Source of the DNA: Flammeovirgaceae bacterium
GTDB taxonomy: Bacteria; Bacteroidota; Bacteroidia; Cytophagales; Cyclobacteriaceae
Assembly: GCA_020635915.1 (NCBI GenBank)
Contig: JACJYU010000002.1
Coordinates: 477,608 to 541,607 of the forward strand
Direction: 5' to 3'
Length of the DNA stretch: 64,000 nucleotides
The position numbers and the translations under genes are program-made. Below the pieces are notes generated by a model. That model had not been told where the DNA came from, did no database searches, and was given only the letters and a program-made list of their open reading frames with translations. This document shows positions 35,905 through 42,755 of this stretch, piece by piece (position 1 is the stretch's first letter; every line of letters starts with the position of its first letter).

Positions 35905-37251
35905 ATGAAGAAATTAATGATGGTATTTTCCATGCTTTGGGGGCTTGGCCCGCAGGCCGCTTTGGGGCAATCCAGGCCCAAGGTGATGGTCATGGAAATT
36001 AAGGCCGAAATCGACCCCAGGATGACGCGGTACGTCAATTTGGCCCTGGACCATGCGGAAAACATAGGCGCGGATTACGTCATAGTGGAAATGGACACTT
36101 ACGGTGGCGTGCTCACCGATTCAAAGGATATTGTGGACCGGATTTTGGACTTTGAGGCGCCCATCTGGGTGTTTATCAACAAAGATGCCGCCTCTGCCGG
36201 TGCCCTTATCTCCATCGCCTGTGACAGTATTTATATGGCCCCGGGGGCCACGATAGGGGCGGCCACGGTGGTGCAGGGGGGCACAGGGGAAGCCGCGCCC
36301 GACAAGTACCAGTCCTACATGAGGTCGATCATGCGCTCCACCGCAGAACACAATGGCAGGGACCCGCGCATCGCGGAGGGCATGGTGGACGAACGCATCG
36401 CCATCGACAGCATCACTACCGAAGGAAGCGTGATCACCTTTACCACCAAAGAGGCCCTTAAGTACGGCTATTGCGAGGCCCAGGTATCGTCCATAGACGA
36501 TATCCTACAGAGGAACGGTGTCCCCGATTACGAATTGGTGCGCTTTGAGGTGGGCAACGTAGAGAAAGTCATTGCCTTCTTCCTCAACCCCTTCATCAGC
36601 GGCATCCTCATCCTCGTTATCATGGGCGGGTTGTATTTTGAGCTACAAACCCCGGGGGTAGGATTTCCCATCCTCGCCTCCATCACGGCACTGGTCCTGT
36701 ACTTGGTCCCCTATTACCTCAATGGGCTTGCCCAAAACTGGGAGATCATCGCGTTGTTCGTAGGGATCGTCCTCATCCTTTTGGAGGTCTTTGTGATACC
36801 CGGCTTTGGCCTGGCCGGGATCACCGGCATTGCGATGACGGTGGGGGCCATGGTGCTGATCATGGTCAACAACGACTTTTTCAATTTTGATATGGTGCCG
36901 TTGAACGACATCATCGTGGCCTCGCTGGCCATTTTTGGAGGGCTCACGGGCGGGGTGCTCCTGCTCTTTGTGGGAGGGGTACGGTTGAGCCATTCCGGCC
37001 TTTTCAAAAGGATATCCCTAACGGACACACAGGCCCAGTCGGAAGGATATACCTCCAACTTCAACACCGGGATGGACCTGGTAGGGAAAACGGGCACGGC
37101 CTATACGGTACTGAGGCCCAGTGGGAAAATCATGGTCGAAGACCAAATTTACGATGCCTTCTCCCGGGGCGACTACATCGAAAAAGGGGACACGGTTAAG
37201 GTGCTGGGGATCGAGGGCTCTACCCTGAAGGTAAGGAAAGTAACCGCATGA
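35905..37251 (+). CDS. NfeD-family membrane-bound ClpP-class protease
   Basis: 448 aa. Signal peptide, ClpP-like domain (VIVEMDTYGG.., ASAGALI), four or five TMs, and a C-terminal NfeD OB domain (GTAYTVLRPSGKIMVEDQIYDA.. GDTVKV). Confidence 0.85.
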   Translation: MKKLMMVFSMLWGLGPQAALGQSRPKVMVMEIKAEIDPRMTRYVNLALDHAENIGADYVIVEMDTYGGVLTDSKDIVDRILDFEAPIWVFINKDAASAGALISIACDSIYMAPGATIGAATVVQGGTGEAAPDKYQSYMRSIMRSTAEHNGRDPRIAEGMVDERIAIDSITTEGSVITFTTKEALKYGYCEAQVSSIDDILQRNGVPDYELVRFEVGNVEKVIAFFLNPFISGILILVIMGGLYFELQTPGVGFPILASITALVLYLVPYYLNGLAQNWEIIALFVGIVLILLEVFVIPGFGLAGITGIAMTVGAMVLIMVNNDFFNFDMVPLNDIIVASLAIFGGLTGGVLLLFVGGVRLSHSGLFKRISLTDTQAQSEGYTSNFNTGMDLVGKTGTAYTVLRPSGKIMVEDQIYDAFSRGDYIEKGDTVKVLGIEGSTLKVRKVTA

Positions 37252-37334
37252 AACCACCTTGTAAAAGACATTGCAACCAACGGCATGATAAAGACAGGCG
37301 ATTCCATATGGCCGTTAAAATCAATTATTAACCA

Positions 37335-38078
37335 ATGAAAATAGTAGGAATCATCCCCGCCCGCTACGCCTCCACCCGGTTTCCTGCCAAGCCCCTGGCG
37401 GATATTGCCGGGCAAACCATGATTGAATGGGTGTATGGGCAGGCCAAAAAGTCGGGGGCCCTGGAGCGGGTGGTCGTGGCCACCGACAATCAAAAGATTT
37501 ATGATCATGTAAAGAACAAAGGCGGAGAAGTCTGTATGACTTCTGAAAATCATGTGAGTGGTACCGATCGCTGTGCCGAGGCCTTGGCCTCCCTGGGCGG
37601 CCCATATGATTATGTGGTGAACATACAGGGCGATGAACCTTTTATAGACCCGCGGCAAATTGATTTGCTGGCCACGCTGTTGGATGGGGAGGCCGAGCTG
37701 GCCACGCTGATCAAAAAAATTGCCAGCCCTGAAGCCCTGCATAATGGCAATATTGTGAAGGTTGTGTGCAATGTCAAAAACGAGGCCATTTACTTCAGCA
37801 GGAGCGCGCTGCCCCATTTGCGAAATGTGCAGGCCACAGCGTGGTTTGGCCAGCATACGTATTACAAACACATAGGCATGTATGGCTACCGGACTGACAT
37901 CCTAGGTGAGATCACACAACTGGCCCCCTCTTCGCTTGAGCTTGCCGAATCGCTGGAACAACTGCGCTGGATTGAGAATGGCTATACCATCAAAGTAGCG
38001 GAAACGGATATAGAGTCGATGGGGATAGACACGCCAGAAGATTTGGAAAAGGCGGTTGAATACCTAATTAAGAAATAA
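37335..38078 (+). CDS. kdsB: 3-deoxy-manno-octulosonate cytidylyltransferase
   Basis: 247 aa. IIPARYASTRFPAKPL, SGTDRCAEA, VNIQGDEPFI, EQLRWIENG. Confidence 0.93.
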   Translation: MKIVGIIPARYASTRFPAKPLADIAGQTMIEWVYGQAKKSGALERVVVATDNQKIYDHVKNKGGEVCMTSENHVSGTDRCAEALASLGGPYDYVVNIQGDEPFIDPRQIDLLATLLDGEAELATLIKKIASPEALHNGNIVKVVCNVKNEAIYFSRSALPHLRNVQATAWFGQHTYYKHIGMYGYRTDILGEITQLAPSSLELAESLEQLRWIENGYTIKVAETDIESMGIDTPEDLEKAVEYLIKK

Positions 38079-38088
38079 ATAGAGAACA

Positions 38089-38203
38089 CGTCATTGCGAA
38101 CTGAAGCGTGGGGAAGTGGCCAGGAGTGAAGCAATCCCACAAATTAAAGTTCATTCTTCGAGTTGGGAGATTACTTCGGTCGTACCTCCCTCGCAAAGAC
38201 GAT
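38089..38203. repeat. Inverted pair of family-A palindromic units
   Basis: CGTCATTGCGAA...GTGAAGCAATCCCAC (38089-38140) faces GTTGGGAGATTACTTCGG...CTCGCAAAGACG (38162-38201). Outer arms match 10/12 and the inner arms are also complementary. Partial copies of GTTGGGAG lie at 38382 and 38555, and of CGGTCGTRCCTCCCT at 38176 and 38631. Confidence 0.7.
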
Positions 38204-38213
38204 TATATTACCC

Positions 38214-38337
38214 TACTCTGGCGCGAGTGTTGTGGGTAAGCATGTGCGCAGGGTCACTCGTGCCGCTTTGCTCTTACCCATCTAAGGCACGAGTCACCCA
38301 CATGCCACTGCACTGCCCAAAGACTCGCGCCAGTTAG
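38214..38337. repeat. Inverted pair of family-B 51-nt hairpin units (B1 and B2)
   Basis: B1 is TACTCTGGCGCGAGTG...CACTCGTGCC (38214-38264). B2 is GGCACGAGTC...GACTCGCGCCAGTTAG (38286-38337) and matches the reverse complement at both arms. Each unit folds on its own through a 10-bp terminal stem. Confidence 0.75.
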
Positions 38338-38430
38338 TTAAATTCCACGCCAGATAAGGCGTGGGATATTGGAGTGATAAAGTTGGGAGGGGATTCTGGA
38401 TGCTAGTTGAGTTGTCTTAGTCTGAAATAC

Positions 38431-38481
38431 TACTCTGGTGCGAGTGTTGTGGGCAGGAATTGCGCATGGCTCACTCGCGCC
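38431..38481 (+). repeat. Third family-B hairpin unit (B3), same orientation as B1
   Basis: TACTCTGGTGCGAGTGTTGTGGG...TCACTCGCGCC. Positions 1-23 and 41-51 match B1 except for two transitions. The centre carries an indel. Confidence 0.75.
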
Positions 38482-38657
38482 AAAATACAATACACCCCGT
38501 TGTTCCTTTCGTTTTCATAGCTAGGTAAATATAGATATAACCGCTGAATATTTGGTTGGGAGTTAAAAAGCCTTCGCCTTGGCTGGTTCGTGGGACACGT
38601 ACCATGGGTTGGCAACCCTCCGGGGATGGATCCGGTCGTGCCTCCCTAGGCATAACT

Positions 38658-38686
38658 GGAAAAGCCGCCCCCATTACGGGGCGGCC
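38658..38686 (-). terminator. Rho-independent terminator about 200 nt downstream of ftsZ
   Basis: The minus strand reads GGCCGCCCC-GTAATG-GGGGCGGC-TTTTCC, an 8-bp GC stem followed by a T4 tract. It is preceded by weaker hairpin/T-run units at 38695-38712, 38719-38734 and 38745-38832. Confidence 0.6.
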
Positions 38687-38884
38687 TTCAGCTTAAAAAA
38701 TCAGGGTTTCCCAATGGCCCTGGCAAAAGCCAGGACAAGTTTAAAAAATAAGGCATCCCGGCACCGGCAAAAAATATTTACCACCAACAACCACTACGAA
38801 TGGAGTAAAAACCTGTCGTAACCGGGAATGCCTTTTTCCTGGGTTCATTTAACCACTAAACAAACCAACTGTTTCCTTTCAATA

Positions 38885-40522
38885 CTAGTCCACGTTGTCA
38901 TGCAAAAACTTGTTGTTGCCGAGGATACTGTTCTCGTCATTCAAGTTGTACCTGGAGATATAGGGCTCGGAGGAATGAGGCACGTTGCCCATTTTTACGC
39001 CCCGCCTCAGGTAGGCCGGCAATGACCATTTCTCATTGAACTCCTCCTTGGTCATTTCGTGTTTCTTGGCGGCCTTCAGCCGTTCGCGCCTTTCCCTCGC
39101 CTGCTGTTGCAGCCTCTCCTTCGTTTTCCGGTATTCCATCATCCCTTCTTCATTGAGGACCTGGTCCGATGAAATTTCGTTGCCCTGGTCAAACCCTTCA
39201 TCGTCCCCGCCAAACAAACCATCTTCGCCTTCTTCCCCCTCTTCCCCTTCTTCCTCCCCTTCTACTTTATCAAACAGGGTTTTGTTCCTGATGGGCCCTT
39301 CCTTTTTCTCAAACAAAGTAAATGTGTAGCCACGCTCCTCCGTGCCTTCTTCCTTTCGTTCTTCGTCATCCTTCTTTTCTTCCTTCTGTTTTCCTTTTGT
39401 GGTTGTCAAAGGCCTGCTTTTATCCACGGGCTTAAGCCCCACCTCATCGTCATTATTGTTAACGGAATTGTCCATTTGTTCAAACAAATTGCTTTGCGTA
39501 CGGTCCAGGTCCATTACCTTTTTTTGTGCCGTTTCCTTTGCGGACACCGCTTCTGCCTCAAAGTCCGTTGCGATCACGGTAACCCTTATCCTGTCCCCAA
39601 TGGTAGGGTCCACGCCATGCCCAAAGATGACCTCGGCCTCATCGCCAGCCTGCTCCTGTATGTATTCCGTAATCTCGCTCAGTTCGTCCATCTGCAACTC
39701 CGCCTCCTCGCCCGATATAATGGAAAGCAGGATGCGCTTTGCCCCCATGATGTCCTTGTTGTCCAGCAAGGGCGAGGCCAGCGATTGCTGTGCCGCAAGC
39801 TTGGCCCGGTTCTCCCCCCTGGTTTCGGCAGAGCCCATCACCGCGCCACCGGCATTGTGCATGACGGTGCGCACATCCTGAAAGTCCACGTTTACATAGC
39901 CTGCCAGCGTGATGATCTCCGCTATCCCCTTGGCGGCCGTGGTCAATACATTGTCGGCCTGGGCAAATGCCTGGCCTATGGAGAGGTTTCCGTAGATCTC
40001 CCTCAGTTTATCGTTGAGTATTACCAGCACGGTGTCACAGCTGGCGCGTAGTGCTTCAATTCCAATCTGTGCCTGTGCCAGCTTTTTCTTTCCCTCGAAG
40101 AGAAAAGGAACCGTGACAATGCCCACGGTAAGGATATCCATATCCTTTGCGATTTTTGCCAGCACGGGCGCGGCCCCGGTGCCGGTGCCCCCGCCCATTC
40201 CAGCCGTAACGAACACCATTTTGGTGCCTGCCAGCATTTCACGGATTTGGTCTTTGCTTTCCACCGCTGCCGCACGGCCCACTTCAGGGTTGGCCCCACA
40301 GCCCAGCCCTTCGGTAAGGTTGGCACCAATTTGCAGCTTGTAGGGCACAGGGCTGCTGTTAAGCGCTTGCACATCGGTGTTGCACACGACAAACTCTACA
40401 TCTTTGATGCCTTGCCCAAACATGTGGTTGACCGCGTTGCTTCCCCCGCCACCCACACCGATTACCTTAATAATCGACTGATGGTGTTTGGGGAGCTCGA
40501 ATTTGTAAGCTATTCCAGACAT
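38885..40522 (-). CDS. ftsZ: Cell division protein FtsZ
   Basis: 545 aa. Tubulin signature GGGTGTGAAPV, a long acidic linker, the FtsA-binding-like peptide SLPAYLRRG, and a 37-aa tail ending in FLHDNVD. Confidence 0.97.
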   Translation of the reverse strand: MSGIAYKFELPKHHQSIIKVIGVGGGGSNAVNHMFGQGIKDVEFVVCNTDVQALNSSPVPYKLQIGANLTEGLGCGANPEVGRAAAVESKDQIREMLAGTKMVFVTAGMGGGTGTGAAPVLAKIAKDMDILTVGIVTVPFLFEGKKKLAQAQIGIEALRASCDTVLVILNDKLREIYGNLSIGQAFAQADNVLTTAAKGIAEIITLAGYVNVDFQDVRTVMHNAGGAVMGSAETRGENRAKLAAQQSLASPLLDNKDIMGAKRILLSIISGEEAELQMDELSEITEYIQEQAGDEAEVIFGHGVDPTIGDRIRVTVIATDFEAEAVSAKETAQKKVMDLDRTQSNLFEQMDNSVNNNDDEVGLKPVDKSRPLTTTKGKQKEEKKDDEERKEEGTEERGYTFTLFEKKEGPIRNKTLFDKVEGEEEGEEGEEGEDGLFGGDDEGFDQGNEISSDQVLNEEGMMEYRKTKERLQQQARERRERLKAAKKHEMTKEEFNEKWSLPAYLRRGVKMGNVPHSSEPYISRYNLNDENSILGNNKFLHDNVD

Positions 40523-40552
40523 GGTTATTGTTGTTTAGTGGTTAGTTCCATT

Positions 40553-41854
40553 TTAGTATTCGTTCTTGCCATCCAGGTCATCTATCAACAACCCCTTCGT
40601 TTTGTTAAGGATGTTGGTGAAAAAATCCGAAGAGGCCCCTTTCCTTACCTTTCCCTTGCCCTTGGTGGCAAGCGCTTCTTTGTAGCGCTCTTCGCGCTCG
40701 TCAAGGGACCGGAAGCCAGACAGCACCAGTCCCACGGCCGTGGCGTACATCGGGCTCTTTACCGCCTCGATCTTGCCTTTGCCCAGGTGTTCGTTGGGAT
40801 ACCCTATCCGGGTGTCCATGCCTGTCATATACTCCACCAGTTGCTTCAGGCAACTCAGTTGTGCCCCGCCACCGGTAATGACGATGCCACCGGCCAGGCG
40901 GTTTTCAAAGCCCGAGTTTATTATTTCGCCATGCGCCATCTCAATGATTTCTTCCATGCGCGCCTGGATTATGTGCGACAGGTTCTTGACAGAAATCTCC
41001 TTGGCCGTCCTGTTGCGGATGCCCGGGATGGAAACAATTTCATTTGGGCTTGCCTCTTCCGCAATGGCTTTCCCAAAACGGGTCTTCAACTGCTCTGCCT
41101 GCTTGGCCATTACCATCAGCCCGTGCTGTATGTCAGTGGTTAGGATATTCCCTCCAAAAGGGATAACTGCCGTATGGCGGATAATATTGTCGTAGAAAAT
41201 GGCCACGTCAGTAGTGCCGCCCCCAATATCAATGAGGCATACGCCAGCTTCCTTTTCTTCTTCGCTGAGCACCGCCAGGCTTGATGCCAACGGCTCCAGG
41301 ATCAAATCCTCAATTTCGAGGTTGCCCCTGCGCACGCACTTATTAATGTTGTTGATCGCGCTGGTTTGGGCGGTAATGATATGGAAGTCTGCCTCCAACT
41401 TTACGCCAGACATCCCTACGGGGTCTTTGATCCCTTCTTCGTAGTCCACCATGTAGTCCTGTGGCATGACATGGATTATTTCGCTTCCCGGTGGTATGAC
41501 AATGCGGTACATATCTTCCGTAAGACGGTTGACGTCCTCAATACTGATTTCATCATCTTTTGTGTTCCGGGTAATGCCACCATGGTGGATGGAGCTTCGA
41601 ATATGTTGGCCGGCAATCCCCACGTTTACAATGCCCACGTCTATCCCCGACATATCGCTGGCCTCCTTGATGGCTTTTTCAATGGCAAACACTGTCTTGT
41701 CGATATTGGTCACGATGCCTTTTATCACCCCTTCGGATTCCGCCTTGCCCATGCCCAGCACCTCGAGCTTGCCAAAATCGTTTTTGCGGCCTACGATCGC
41801 ACAGATCTTTGTCGTGCCAATGTCGAGGCCTACTACTATTTTCTCCTGTTCCAT
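40553..41854 (-). CDS. ftsA: Cell division protein FtsA
   Basis: 433 aa. Actin-fold phosphate motifs GLDIGTTKI and IDIGGGTTD, plus VITGGGAQL. Confidence 0.95.
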   Translation of the reverse strand: MEQEKIVVGLDIGTTKICAIVGRKNDFGKLEVLGMGKAESEGVIKGIVTNIDKTVFAIEKAIKEASDMSGIDVGIVNVGIAGQHIRSSIHHGGITRNTKDDEISIEDVNRLTEDMYRIVIPPGSEIIHVMPQDYMVDYEEGIKDPVGMSGVKLEADFHIITAQTSAINNINKCVRRGNLEIEDLILEPLASSLAVLSEEEKEAGVCLIDIGGGTTDVAIFYDNIIRHTAVIPFGGNILTTDIQHGLMVMAKQAEQLKTRFGKAIAEEASPNEIVSIPGIRNRTAKEISVKNLSHIIQARMEEIIEMAHGEIINSGFENRLAGGIVITGGGAQLSCLKQLVEYMTGMDTRIGYPNEHLGKGKIEAVKSPMYATAVGLVLSGFRSLDEREERYKEALATKGKGKVRKGASSDFFTNILNKTKGLLIDDLDGKNEY

Positions 41855-41990
41855 GGTAGTAATCGTTTATTGTTAGTGGTTGTTTTCATTATTAGTTGTA
41901 TGTCTATAGTTGTTAGCTGTTAGTGGTTAGTAGCTGGCCATTAGTGGCTTGGCTGACAAAGGTTAATTACTATATACTATGTGCTATTCA

Positions 41991-42755
41991 CTACTCAGCT
42001 ATTACTTGTCCTTCATATTCCACGTTTACCCGATCGTACTTGGTCCATCCCATCTGTGGCAACACATCTTTATAAAAAACCATAAGCTTCCTGAATTTTT
42101 CCTCAATGTTGTCCGGCATTCCAAATTCCACTACCTGGCCGGTCACCTGGGGATAGATAAAAACCTTGCCTGTCTTATCGAAATCCAACTGCGCCACCTG
42201 GGCCTTCCAAAACCTGTCCTTATTGATGTAACCGATCATGGCCATCAGTGCCTTGCCCTCCTCGGTAGTTTCCGTATCCCCTGCACGCACAATCCTATCC
42301 ACAATGTCCCCGCTTACCAGGATAATACGTGCCGAATACTTCTGCGATGTTTCCATCACTTTTCCATCCCCGGCTATGTAGGCATCGGGCCCATCCATCC
42401 TTACCAACCGCGCCACCGGCCGCCTCAATTTCACATTTACCGTAAGGTTGCCCTTTACATCGCCAAATATTTCGGCACTGCTGATGTGCTTGTCCTGCCC
42501 CAACCTTTTCTCAAGCGCGCGCAGGTTAATTTCTTCCAGGCTTTTCCCGATTATGGTTTGCCCGCTGCCTTCGATTATTCCCAGTATATCGGCTTCATCC
42601 AAAAAATGGTTTTCGTTGGTGTTCTCCATATCCACCACGATATTTTTGCATACTACCCTCCTTTGGTTGCGTTCTCCAAACGCGATCAACAAAAACAACC
42701 CTACAACCGCAATGGCTATTTTTATTTCCGTACGCATGTTCAATTTCAATTTCAT
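41991..42755 (-). CDS. ftsQ: Cell division protein FtsQ
   Basis: 254 aa. One N-terminal TM followed by POTRA/FtsQ-type domains. Its position between murC and ftsA supports the call, and its start overlaps the murC stop. Confidence 0.8.
   Translation of the reverse strand: MKLKLNMRTEIKIAIAVVGLFLLIAFGERNQRRVVCKNIVVDMENTNENHFLDEADILGIIEGSGQTIIGKSLEEINLRALEKRLGQDKHISSAEIFGDVKGNLTVNVKLRRPVARLVRMDGPDAYIAGDGKVMETSQKYSARIILVSGDIVDRIVRAGDTETTEEGKALMAMIGYINKDRFWKAQVAQLDFDKTGKVFIYPQVTGQVVEFGMPDNIEEKFRKLMVFYKDVLPQMGWTKYDRVNVEYEGQVIAE

Noticed and set aside
38079-38884. A known structured RNA (tRNA, tmRNA, RNase P RNA, SRP RNA, 6S RNA or a riboswitch) in the large spacer.
   Set aside because: I could not find the diagnostic conserved boxes by eye: the tRNA T-loop GGTTCGAATCC with a matching acceptor stem, the RNase P GAGGAAAGTCC box, the tmRNA tag ORF, or the SRP GGAA/AGCA motif. 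A covariance-model scan would be needed to exclude these formally.
38116-39025. Small ORFs inside the kdsB-ftsZ island: 38116-38337(+), 38430-38615(-), 38471-38674(-), 38579-38821(+) and 38828-39025(+).
   Set aside because: They are read straight through palindromic repeat units or terminator hairpins, or, for 38828-39025, run antisense into the ftsZ 3' end. They have odd composition and no start context. They are best explained as translations of repeat DNA.
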